A stretch of DNA of 64,000 bases. Source: Raillietiella orientalis. Its lineage: Eukaryota. A model generated the notes under the pieces. The model saw nothing but the letters and a program-made list of their open reading frames with translations, did not search any database and was not told the origin of the DNA. Below are positions 13,751 through 25,800 of this stretch, one piece after another. The stretch lies in contig JAYWIR010000029.1 in assembly GCA_036172245.1 (NCBI GenBank), forward strand, positions 1,364,001 to 1,428,000. Direction: 5' to 3'. Numbering within the stretch: the first letter of the stretch is position 1; the number at the start of each line of letters is the position of its first letter. The position numbers were made by a program, and so were the translations under genes.

Positions 13751-14759
13751 GAGTGACCACTCACCTATTCATCCCCTAGACAAGAATAATTCCGTTTGAT
13801 TTTATGATTGCAAGAAAGAATTCTGAAATGTGCGTCCCACAGCCCATTTCCGCAGTTTGCCACTTGGAACTCAGTTGGAACCTGGCCGGTGGCTTAAAAA
13901 TCTCTCCTCGTTGTGACGGCATCTGTAAAATGAGGCAGCAGCAGAGTCTTGCGCCCGCAGTGCTCTGGTTATTTTTCTCCAGTGGGTTGCAGATTAACTG
14001 CCGTCAAGAGAGAACCTCTGCTGGCATTTACTCCATCTTGCACGCAAGTGCCAATGGACACAGGCGGTTGGAAATGCGGTTAATCTGCATTTGGATTCTC
14101 ACTGCCCACTTTACTTGCCGTTTAGCTGGAACTCTTGAAATGAGAGTCCTGGAACCAGTGACGAGCTTGAGTAGGCATTTGAATCATGAACAGTACGGAG
14201 AATCTTTTGCCAAGTTATCTTGGTTAGAAGTTCCTCCCTGTAGCCCGGAAACGACAACAGATAGCTGCATTGTATTTGACACTCCAATCATTTTGTCCAA
14301 AGCCAGGAGGGATGATGTTCACGCTGAAGTAGCACGAGGAGCATGCTTCTGCAGTAAGGCAGGGTCACTCCTGTGAACCCATTTCGTACCCTACGGTCCT
14401 AATGTTGGCGATGAAAAATATTCAAGCAAAAATACAATAAGACATCATAGGAAAGAGAATTATTTAATGACATAAATGCTGACACATTTTTATGTGAAAT
14501 CAATATTTACTTCGCGGGTACTTTCACGTTTACAGATGGGTAAGGCGTTTCTTCATGCAGTCACATTTTTATATGCAGTGCATACAAAAATGCCGTCTTG
14601 TTCCAAGAGGGCTTTGGATGCTGGTGACACCAAGCCGGTATCCGCTTTTCTCGCCTGCTCACAGGTGAATTCCCAGGTGTCTTCCTTGTTCCTTGGTTTA
14701 CCCCTAAACCCTCGACGAGGATTCCAGTAGAGAGAACTTGTTTTATCTGTGTTTTGAAG

Positions 14760-15425
14760 ATGGCTGGTGCAAGAGTTGTGCGAACGAGGCTTTCGCGTCG
14801 GTCGCAGGCATCACTCTGCAACGCACGCCGCCACCACTGGACACGGGGGCGAGTGAATCGAACTGTGCCAGGTGCGGGGAACGGGAATCCCTTCCGCACC
14901 TGTTAGTTGACTGTGTTGCCCTCCGGCCCCTTTTGGAACGTTTCGGGACGACCCTCGGGATGCCGGTTGGCAGCCCTTCCAGAGACGTTTTCCGGTTCCT
15001 CTTCGTGCTGGACGCCCTGCAGCCAGCCGCAGCCGCAGCATGTGGGGTCCTGGAGTGGATCCGACGAAGTAGAAGATGCAAACGATAGGGATGTCATCGA
15101 GTATGCAGCCCGCTTCTTGCGAATAGCAACCCGACGGCCCCACCTGGGAAACAGGCAGAAGGACGTAGTCGGCATCCTGCAAAGGATGGACCCTCCACCA
15201 AGCGGACAGTGATCCCTTCCGGACCCTCCAGAGAACTATTTTTTTTTTTAATTTCGTTTAATTTTTCTTTTTGTTTCCCCCCTATTCCCTCCGCTGTCGT
15301 GGAGAGTCAAGTCGGTCCGTGGACCGACTACCCGGCAGGTCCCTTGTCTCATTGGCCGCAGCGGGGCCTTATACCGTAAATGTCGACTGTTTATAGGAAA
15401 CGCCCCGGCGTGACCGGGTGGCAAC
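14760..15425 (+). mobile_element. L1/Tx1-type 3' end: zf-RVT cysteine motif, ORF2 C-terminus and structured 3' UTR
   Basis: CARCGERESLPHLLVDC (Cx2Cx7Hx4C), followed by DRDVIEYAARFLRIATRRPHLGNRQKDVVGILQRM*. Homologous to the copies at 39655..40370 and 44310..45280. Confidence 0.8.
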
Positions 15426-16769
15426 GTCGGTCGCAAGCATCACTCTTTTCCGAAACTGATCTGCAGGTAACCAGCCATGCCAAAAGAAGTCCTGGTTTCG
15501 GTTCGCTACAGAATCCTATTCGATAGATCCGTAGATCTCTGACTTGGCGGCACACAAACAGATTAACCCACCATCTTGAGCAAGGGAAATCAAAGATTTC
15601 CGAAACCTCCTTTGGAAGGAGGTGGTTGAAAAAGGCATTTGAAAAAAGTCTAAAAGCTCCAAATGTGGCTATGCTGGAGTCCATCAACAAGCAACGTTGA
15701 CCACAAAGTTGGCGAAAACAAAAAAAAGATTGATTCTTTAGCATGCAAAAAGGAAGCAACGGAGATCCCAGGATTGTAAAATGAAACTATGAACCCTGAT
15801 GTTCCAGCACGAGATGGATCTTCCAGAGCTCTCCGTGTCTTCTGGTGGAATTATCGAAATTACATAAATGGCAACGGTAAGCCACTCTCGTAATCACCGA
15901 TCGAATTTCCAGTAAATTCTGCCGTTGCAATCAATACGTAGATTACTGGAAGAAACTGCTGCGTTTCTGCTTCTAGGTAATAAAGAGAAAGAACCCATCG
16001 CCTTTAGAAAGAACCCATCACAAGGAAATTATCTGAAACAGTTTTCGTTCACAACAGGAAGAGAAAAAAAGCGTGCAAGAGCTGTTTGATTTGTTGCGCA
16101 ACACCACCAGAAGTTTGCCATCGGAGCCCGGAAATTATAGGGATGTCGGGTCGAAATGAGACAGCTTGTTAGGACAACCAACCGAAAGCTCCAGCAAACA
16201 GTTCTTAGAACAAGGGAGTCCATCGACGGTTCGTATAGCATTGGGAGTCTTTCCCCCCTCAAACGTGCAGTGAGCATCCACAGGGAAGGAGAGAGACGTG
16301 TTTGATACACCCAATGGGTCCCACCGAAATGCAAAGCTTGCAGAGGTGCATTTCTTCTTTTCCCTTCCCCTCCCCTTTCCCGATGGCCGCAAATAGGGGG
16401 GAAAGGAAAAAAAAAAAAAAGGCGAATTTTCCAAGTGATTTCTTATGCAATACCAGGAGAGCTAAGCTGAAAGATTTAAACGAGAAAATCGAAAACCCGA
16501 CATTCAAAAGCAGAGATCGAATATTTCCACCATTACATTTGCATGTCTTTCTTGCGCTCCCATTGAACCATCCGATAGGAGGGCTTCACTGCGCCGGGAC
16601 ACCGGGAACAATGGGAAAAATTTCTTGGCGCAACACTTTTTCAACATCGTCTCCGGAGCTTGATTTCCGGATTAATATCGAATGGGAACGATGAAACGTG
16701 AGACGAATTCAACGGACCCAGCTGAGCCGATGCAGCCGAGTAGAAAGTCCTGAGCGTACCAGCAAGAGC

Positions 16770-17450
16770 GAAATATTGTTATGCGGAAAATAGGTACAGC
16801 AAATTTCAATGCTGCTGGTTGTGAAAGGCATTTGTGTTTCAAGTTTTGCTTTTCTCTTGAGAATGGAAAACACGGAGGATTAGTTCAGGGAGACTTCGAC
16901 TGTTTCCTAATGAATTATGGCTCCAAGACGGGAATCCTGTTTTCTTCGGGACACAATTCTCGGTTTCCGATCCACGATCCACCTGAAGATTTTCCACGAT
17001 TTTCTCTTGGCCGCAAAGGTCAAGCCATGTGCACACAGCCGCTGCTCAGGGAACCTTCGGATGCCACAAAGAGTTTCACACCTATTGCGGTAAGAAAAAA
17101 AAAAAAAAAAACGATTCCACATGGAAGGAGAATTCGAAATTCACATGGCGGTATGGTGCAATGGCAAATAGGTCACATGGAACCTGAAAAATCGGATGAT
17201 GCTTGATAAGGCGAAACACACTTAAGACAGAAGCCAGCATTGAAAAATGGAAGGATTGCAGAAGTGAATGAGAACGTGGGCAGTTAAGATTGGAGATGCA
17301 AAGGAACATTCGTACTCCAATGAAGACATCGATTTTTAATGCATCCAGAAATCGAATTCCAAAGCATGAGCACCTGGATTTTCGAAACAAATCATTTGAA
17401 AATGATACAGGAATTCTAAGAACAAAAAATTAGTCACTAAAAACGGACAT
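16770..17450 (+). mobile_element. Internally deleted APE endonuclease remnant
   Basis: MRKIGTANFN (I.T.N+NG) and LVQGDFDCFL (GDFNC.L). Confidence 0.5.
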
Positions 17451-19286
17451 TTGGAATCACGGACTCTCTGTTTGAATTCCCAACTAATTATGGGGCCACT
17501 CCTTGATGGGTAAAGGTCGCCTCACTACTATGCACGATGCTGGAAAACAGTTGGTTTTCGTGTTCTTCAGTCTGGAGACTACTGTTTCCTGCAATTTTCA
17601 TGTTCCCTACACTTATCATACGATGGTTTTTTTTTTTTTTTTAATCTCGAACGCAGCGACGATCGCAAATCTCTTTGCCATTTTCTCCATCAAAAAGTGC
17701 CCCCTGTGCCTAGCCATCGCTGCCAACTTACAGAGGCTCTGCTGTCATTAACGATCCGCGATCACTGATTGGCAATATTGAAGCATTCTCTTTGAAACTC
17801 AGATCTTCCGAAAACGGGACTGTCCTTTTTCATCTCGAAGAAACAGTGTCGTCGCACAATTCATTCGGGAGTCCCGGACGGAGAAACGCTCGCAAAATTG
17901 ACGTGCGTCTCCCATAAAAGACAATTCACCTCACCCATTGTCACCACGGAAAAGTCTTTTCAGTTTTTTTTTGGAAGAGATATTTTCACAGTCATTATCA
18001 CCCTCTTACGTCTAGAGGGTAGGCACCACCCATTGGTGGAGTCCACGTCGCCTTAATGCACTGTCCAGTGCAACTGACTGCTCATACGTGTTTTCAGGCA
18101 GCGCCCTGAGCATTCCAGTGAGCCAGATGCATGGCATGGTTTATTTTGAAACCACTAATTACTGTCCACATCCCTCAGTGAAGAGCACACCAAAGTTCCG
18201 AGATCTTCCGTTGGTCCGTTTTCCACTGCGAAGGGGACGTGACATGAGTTACGGAAGGCCATGGAATTCACTAGGAGCATGTCCGGAACCACGGAAGTGA
18301 ATGAGTTTTGCATCTTTCTCTAACCTCGCAAGTCGTCTCGAAACACTTTTGGTTGCCTTCCGCTCTACACTCTCTGATATCAGCTGATTGGAACTCTGCT
18401 GATCACACGCCGCTCATGACTTGATGCAGCGTAGGGACCGAATACCATGCGCAGTCCTTTAAATCCTTGCCAGGGCCTGGCTGATAGGATGGGATACTGA
18501 TTAGCAGCGATTGCATCGCCTGAAAGCTGATTAGGGATCACCTCAGCATCTTTTGTGACCATCCCAGTCTTATTGGATGCTTGCAGTCATTCAGTGAGTT
18601 GAGGCATGAGCATCGCATCCCACGTTTCGGAGATCATTCAAGTCCGAGTTTTCCAAGGATGTTTCACTAAATTTTTAGCTTTTCTTTTTAATTCTTTTGT
18701 CACAACCCTTGCCCACTGCTTGTTGTTCACCGTTTTTTCCGCATAAGCGAACGTGAGGAGAGAGACTTGCAAAAAGCACAGCGCGGAGGTGGCGAATGAT
18801 GACGAAAACACACACACACACACACACACACATCATTGCTCAGTTCCAACGGTAAAACTGCGCCAGCCGATTTGGCCACACGATTGAAATGAGAGAGAGA
18901 AAAGGACTCCAGACTCCTAGAAAGCCGCTCTATAAACAGAAATGGAAAGAAGTTCAAAACAAAGAGTGAATCTGATCCGTAGGGAGTTGTTTGTGCTCTG
19001 AAAATACAGCAACATAGCAACAAACCGTGGAAAAAAAAAAATTTGGATGTGACTAGAAAGAAATTTCCACGGAAAGGAAAAGCGTTCTATCTGTTAGCTA
19101 TTTCAGATCAGGGAGGCTGGTAGCGATGGCCTTTGTGGCAACCTGGTTACCCGTTCACTGGTAGGAAACTCCCCACGGAGGCCAAGGCAGACGATCTCCG
19201 GCGTCCACTGCAGTCATGCAGTTACCGGAAAGCGTTGCATAGAAAAAAAGAACAAAACAATAAATGAAACAAACGCATTCGTTGAA

Positions 19287-20772
19287 GACCCTGCCTGCTG
19301 AGGCGTGGTGTCCATCCTCTCTTAGAGTCCTCTCCCCTCAACACACCGGCAAGACAGCAGACGACCAGTAGCGACGAAGAAGCATCCAGACCGTCAATAG
19401 GGATCTCGAAGTTTAGCCAAAGAACCCGCAGGAACACGGTCCGCCTGTCCCGACCCCGGACTGCATCCTCAAGCGTGACTCCGCCTTCCAGACAAAGGAC
19501 CCCCGAAGCCTCGAAAAGCAATCCCGAAGAGCCATCGAAGAGACGTCGCTTTTCTTCTCGGAGCAGCAAGCACGGTTTCGTCGTGACTCTTTCTTCCCGC
19601 CATCCTCCGGGATGAGGATGGCGAAACGGGGCCTGGGGACGGGAAGCTCTACTCCGGAGGCGCCATGCTTTCCACGCAACGGTTTGGAGAGGACGGCATC
19701 TTCGGAGGCAGCACCCGGATGCTGGGACGCAAAAGATGACGGCCCGCTCCCGAACAGGACAGAGGAAACTCCGGCGGAGGCCCGAGGCGACCGGGACGCG
19801 CACATGGGTCCGAAGGGCTCGACTTGGGGGTGGAAGACGAATCGCACCATCTCGTAGCTGATCCCCTTTCCGTCCGGACGGCTGGCTGTCGTCGAAGCGC
19901 AAGAAGAACGTAAAGCGAACGATCGGGACCGAAATGGGGACCTCGACCTATTCTCGAACTTGAAATGGACGCCTTGCTTGGACGCTGAAGCTCGGGTCAT
20001 CGGGTGCACGACCGCCCAGCGGGCGGGCCCATTCCGGGAAGCGGAACGGGCACTGTGGAATGAACCGAGCGTTGACGCTCATCGGATTGGATTCTACGAC
20101 AGGTGTCGGTTGCTATGGGCCGGGCGGCGGCGGGGCAGCGGCGACGGAAGTCGGAATCCGGTGAGGAATGTCGGCAGCGACCCATCTGCCGAAGCAGTCG
20201 ACGCTGAAAATGGGTGGGTGGGGGCACTCCCGCGTCGACCGGGATGGGGCCGTTCCTGCCTTCCGGTGTCCCGTCGCCGGAAGGCGGCAGGTTGCTCAAT
20301 TTCGGGCCAGCAGGACGGCCGCGACGGTGCGGGCAGAGGGGCTCGGGCGCGAACTCGCATGCAACGGCCGTCAGCGCAGATCTCGGTGGTGTAGCCAAGA
20401 CCCCGATGAGAGGGATCCTGTGCGTCTGATGAGGAGGGAACTCCCACGAGCGCAGCCTCGGAGAGCCATCTCTCTATCTTCGGTCCGAAGTTCCCGCAGA
20501 GGATGCCGGAAGGGAAAAAATCCCTGTTTCTTCTTTCCTGGGTCGCGAGTCCCTCCTCTTTTCAGTCTGGCTGAGCGGTCTTGCACGGCGCACCACGGAG
20601 CTGCTTTCCTTCTTCTTGCTCGCCAAGTGACGTCACCCGAATTTCCACGAGTCGGACTCACCGCGGGGGAGGAAAAGTTACCTGACGAAAGCGAGCGATC
20701 CCGTGGAGTTGGCCTGTTTCAAGTCAACGCGCAGCATCCCTCAGGTCCTGGTGTCCTGCCTTGTCCTTGATC
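19287..20772 (-). repeat. Copy 2 (inverted) of the 1,486-bp duplication
   Basis: Reverse complement of 4633..6118. No target-site duplication is visible at its flanks. Confidence 0.97.
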
Positions 20773-23700
20773 ATAATTTCTCGGAGAAAAGTGCAGAGTT
20801 ACTAACTTACTGGAACAACTGCACTTGAAGGCACTTTCTTACCCTTGGAGAGTTTGCTGGAGATGTAGGCGGTTCCGTGCCTGGCTTTCTCAGTCAGGAG
20901 GCTCCATTTACGTTCTTTTCTCATAGGAAGGAGGACCCTGTTCTGTTTCCCCGATCCCAACTGCCGGGATGCTATCCTGGCTCCACGAGCTCTCACAGAT
21001 GGGGCCGTTGGTGGTCTCCTTGGGTAGAAGAATCTTGCTGACCGACCTCTCTGTTCATCCTGGGCTTTACGGAAGTGCTACAGCTGGACTCATCCACTCA
21101 GGAAGAAGTGCACTTCAATCCCGCAGCAGCATTCGGACGCAGGAACGATCCTATCGTCCCCTATTCCAAAGAGACATCCTATTCTCGTCTCACAGTGCTC
21201 CAATTTCGAGGGATAGAGCGGAGCTGTCCATGAACGAAGGAGGACCGCAGGCCGTTCCAAGGAAAAGTCTCAAGAGCTCTTCCCATCTCAGCAGTCCCTC
21301 TTCCCGGTTGCTTGGAGTCACGGCGTCAGCTATCTGACTCGGCAAACATCTGACGAGAAGTTACATCGGTCCGCCCTGGTGTTCAAGAATTCTTCAAAAA
21401 AAATCTGTATCCCTTTTCAGCAAGGATTTCGTGATTCCTGTGGAACCGACGAGAGTACGGATGAGTACATGTTCAAGTATATTTAGAAATACACGAGTCC
21501 TCTTCAGAACGGCAGTACGTTCTAATACATGTACACCAGTTTTCTCAGAGGCTTTTTTAAAAAGTCACAATAAGCACAAGAGAGAGTCAGCGTGGGATGA
21601 GTCCTACTAAAAAGTAGGGCGACCCTGAGGGGGATTTCGACTCCCGAGTCGGCAAATTGTTGTGTTCGCGGCCGGGATGGATGAGACTCTGACACAAGAA
21701 TATTTTAAAAAATAGTGCTGTTTGCGACGGGAAGGGTAGGCAAGGGTGTTCAAGGGGATTCTCGTGCGCCCTTTGCAGCTCGGTGCGGATGCGCTTGAAC
21801 TCCTGCCTTGATGGTCCCTGTGCAGATATAGTCATCTTGATGCCCTGGATTTCCCAGCGCAGCCGTGGTCCTCCCATTTGTTTTCCCTCTGTTTCGACAC
21901 CACGGATGCAACCGGCGATCGCAGCTCAAGTGCGTACCGGTAGTCGCGGGTGCGTAAAAGAGCGCAGAGCAAGTCTTTTGGGTTGTCTTCCGAGACAGAA
22001 GGGGCTGTCTCTAGACGCACTCATCCGCCCACGGAGGTCATTACAGGCAGGCACTGGATGCAGAACGGGTCCAATCTCCCCAGACCTCTTGTCATACGGC
22101 TCCCCCGTTTAGTGATAGGTCTCGGTAAGTCCCCCCTTAGTCACAGAGCTGTCTCCTCCCCCCCCCCCCTTCTATGGGAGAGGAACGGAATGTGCCAGCC
22201 GGCAGGGTGGGACATCTCGTGCTCTACAACAGCAGTTACGAAATCCCTAGGCGATTAGTCGACGGTCTAGCTGGCTGACGCGGCAACACCCAGTGCCCGC
22301 GAGAAAGGCTTGCTCCACCGGGAGGAGCATCCGAACATACCTCTCTCGGAAAAAGGCGATCTCTGCTTTTTTATTTGGACACCTCGTGCTCCTCCCTGAT
22401 GTGCAGCTTATGACTGTGCTGTTCCCCTCCCAAAACGTTATAGGTGTGGGGAATCGAAGGAAAGACGTCTGCTTCTGAACCAAGGTTCCCTTGAGAGCGT
22501 CTGGAAACGCCCTGAGGCTGCCCTGCTCTGCTTGCAAGGCATCTGCATCCTCACATGAGCTGTAGCGACGCTGCTTCATGCGGGATGGGTTTTCTCCTGC
22601 TTCGCCGATCTCCATCTTGGATTGCGTCGTAAGGACCGCGGCTGAAGAAGTGCAGGAAGCAGGAAGTGCGTCATCGAGGAGGGTAGGCCATGCGCCCCAC
22701 CTCTTCGGTGACGAGAGATGCGGCGAAATAGTCTTCCTTGCAGCAACAAGCGAAGAAGGGTTGCCGCCCAAACGTCCTGCAGGCTACAGGAGACGCGGCG
22801 GACACAAACTGCGATCACTTGTTCTCCTATCCCCCTTATTTATTCATTTGTTCCCTCATCCTCAGGCCAGGGTCTCTGCCATCTTGCAGACCTCCCACCT
22901 TGCGGGTAGGCGACTGCCTTTCCTCTCCCATTGGGAGGGCAGCGCCTCCTCTGGGGACATGTCAGTTACCCCATCCCTTTCCTTAAGACCTACTGAGACT
23001 TCACGGATGCTGTTCTTAAGGGCACCAAGGGTCTTAAGGGCAGGCAGTATTAGGTTCAGGCAGGTCTCCTTGTGAACCTTGTCCATGTCTCAGCAGTCTC
23101 CTGCCCCAAAGCGTTCTGATCTCCAAGGTGATAGGAGACGCACTGGTACCCAACACCGGGAAGCGTTCCTCTTTGCGCGCTGGAGTTTTGCCGAGACTCA
23201 TCTTGCAGGGGAAGTTTGGCAACGTCGTAGTAGAAAGAGGAAGTCCCCCCCTCTCCTTCTGAACGCACTGCTTTTAAGTGAGATTGAGAAGGAAGTGTGC
23301 AGATGCGGAGGCAAAAGATGCTTGCGTGATCTACTAGCATCGGAAACGTCCAGAGGATTTCCGACTGTGCGATTTCCCCACCCAGCTGGGTCGCGATCAT
23401 TCACGAAATCGCCACTCTTCCCCTCTTTCCGGGTAGGAGGTACCCCCATGAGGCTACAGGCGGAGTCGGATCGCGAGTTCGGCGGGTGCATCCCAAGGAT
23501 TCCTCCACACAGGACTGATTTTATGCAAGAGGGATCTCTGCAATGCTCCGAATCACCACGGGGGATGACGGGAGCTCCCTCAGTCGTCCTTGCAGGAACC
23601 GCTGCAGAGAAAACCTCCACCGACCCTTGGAGTAAGGGGTTCATTGCATTTAGTCAGAGCCACACGGAAAAGACCACTCATGTAGCGGGCGAAACTACCT

Positions 23701-24300
23701 GGGAAAGGTGCTGGGAACGATACTTCTTGATACAGCGGAAGAGGGCAGTGAAGCTCTGTGCGAGTTCCAGGCTGAGAGCCTTACATACTGGGTGAAGAAC
23801 GTGTGACCTCAATAGTCCTGAAGTTTTCACAGCTCCAGTGCCGTCACTCTGTGATTCCCTGCCTTCCACTCTTCAAAGAACCGATCGCCCTTTGCCGCGT
23901 TCCAGAGCCTCGCGACCCGACCTAACCTAAACTATTCTAATGGACAGAAGGGAAGATGGCAGAAGCTCCTCCAACAACGACGGTAAATCCACCGTCCTTG
24001 TTGTGTCTTCACCTATCGGAGAGTGGGAATACTAGGTGGTCCCGTACCTTCAGCACGAGAAGTTTTACAGGATGTCGTGGTCGGATTGTGGTGAGCAAAG
24101 ACAACCCGGTGTCGGAGGCCGTGTGGTTACGGTGGTCTCCGCGCGTGGCACCATGCGTCATGGGTTCGAATACTCCGAAGAAATCGGCGCAGTGCGTCTT
24201 GGGTCCCAAGTTCACCCCACAAGATGACGCTGGTTGGCCTACCTTCATCCGGGTGCCGCACTGGTAGCGGTTAAGACCGGATGTCCCCGATGAGGGCTGG
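20773..24300 (-). mobile_element. Mosaic of minus-strand L1/Tx1-type fragments (linker about 20800..21350, 3' end about 21560..22130, endonuclease about 22300..23800, ORF1 knuckle about 23950..24300)
   Basis: ARGARIASR...TEKAR...YIS (GA.IRSR...EK); SGDFVNDRDP and AFRRRGGDFLF (GDFN; D.FR...FTF); RHPVKLLVLKVRDHLV (eroded CCHC). Confidence 0.5.
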
Positions 24301-24399
24301 GACAAATGGGAGTCGGCCTCCGGGTCCTTTCAGGAATCACGGAGTGGGAGCTCTCTTCCGGTTGTGAAGGAGCAGACCCTTCATTCCAGGGGGGACCCC

Positions 24400-25800
24400 T
24401 CCGCGTTGGACTGATGGAGTAGATGTGTCGCCACCATCTCTCCAGAGAGTTCAGAGACGCGAGCCGATCCTTTCGGGGAAGCTGCGTCCTTCTGAATTTC
24501 GTAAGGGTTCCCGCACCGGGAGACAGATCGAAGAATTCCGATGTTTCCGCGGAAACGGCTCACTGCAAAGCTCCCTCCGAGCTTCTTTTCCTCTTCGCCC
24601 CTTCCACTCCAGGGGGTGCCACGGCCTTCTTGGCAGTCCTGCCCTCGGACCGCTCTCCGTTCTTGCACTCGCATCGCCATTTTCTCGTTTCCTCCGCTCA
24701 GGGAGCATCCGTTCCCAGACCCACGGGCGATCTCACCGGAGATCAGCGGCCGACTGGAGAGCTCCATGCCCACGAGGTGTGGGTTGCCTCGTCTCGGCAA
24801 GAGAAGACCTTCGCGTGGGGTTGGAGCCCAGATGGGTGTAAGACGGGCGTAGGATGCGCAGGAAGCGGAGGGACTGGTAAGCGGGCGGCGACCCACGAAG
24901 GGGAAGGAGAGCGGCGTGGACCGATACCAGCGCTGGCGCTTTGGCAAGGGGGCGATCCTCTTCTGCGGAAGAGACAGGGGGGAGTGAAATGGTGGGTATT
25001 TCCAGTTTCCCGTGTTCGCGCGGTCAGGTCGTGATGGTTTCTTGGATTCCACCCTGCTTTGAGGAGCTGTCAAGCGGAGCCGGCACAGGTGACGCAACAC
25101 CCGGAGGCTGAAAAAGCATTCCTGCAGTGGCAGGGACGTGCTCCATCAGTGGACGGAAAGCGCTCGCTCGCCAGAGCTCCCGAGTGGGCGCAGGAAGACC
25201 TCTCTTTCAGCAGGTGACCTTCCGCATCCCCGGAGGTTCGAGGGAGAGCGGGACCGCGGGTGCACGCAGTCTTTCGGAAGATCACCCTTCCCAGGTGCGT
25301 TCGGAGAGTGCTACGACGTGGGATACGCGCCTTATCAGGGTCAGGAGGCAGCCGCCGTGGCGACTGCCTGCAGCAGCAACGACAGTCAGCCTTTCAAAGG
25401 ATCGCGAATCATTGTTCTTTCAGAGAAGAACAGAATTTCGACTTGCGGTTTGTCGTTGCGGCTTCCGGGCACATGGGCGTTGCTACTGCACGTCTCTGGG
25501 AGAAACGCAACCTTCGAGCAGCAAAACATGAGCAAGACGCTGTCCTGGCGAAACCCCCTTTACCATTCTCTGTTGCAATGCAGGGGGCAAGGTCTTCCAG
25601 GCTGATGGCTCTCCAGATAGTTGCACGCTCCCGCTTTACATATGCGGAGTCCATCGCGAGGCGCCAGACTCGTGAGAAGATGGATGGGCAGATGCTCTGA
25701 CGCGTGTCATTCATTCCCTCAGGGCTTAGCGCCGAATGCCTCTCGGTTGCTGGCGCCGTAATCGCGTATTCGGTTTCTGGGCAACGAAACAAGAAAACAG
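24400..25800 (+). mobile_element. Decayed L1/Tx1-type RT fragment
   Basis: VKWWVFPVSRVRAVRS resembles NG..S..F...R.VRQG, with flanking RT-like remnants in shifting frames. Confidence 0.45.

Noticed and set aside
17535..17580. Minus-strand minimal hammerhead CTGAAGA-acac-GAAA
   Set aside because: No stem II pairing, only 2 bp of stem I and a poor cleavage triplet. The candidate near 47020 also lacks stem III.
20426..20450. Hammerhead-like CTGATGA-GGAG-GGAA-CTCC (mirrored near 4955..4979)
   Set aside because: Stem II with a GNRA loop is present, but the required GAAA does not follow.
4633..20772. Polinton/Maverick or other giant TIR transposon (16 kb, 1.5-kb arms)
   Set aside because: No polB, integrase, ATPase, capsid or transposase ORF inside. 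The arms are LINE ORF2 remnants, and there are no AG..CT termini or TSD.
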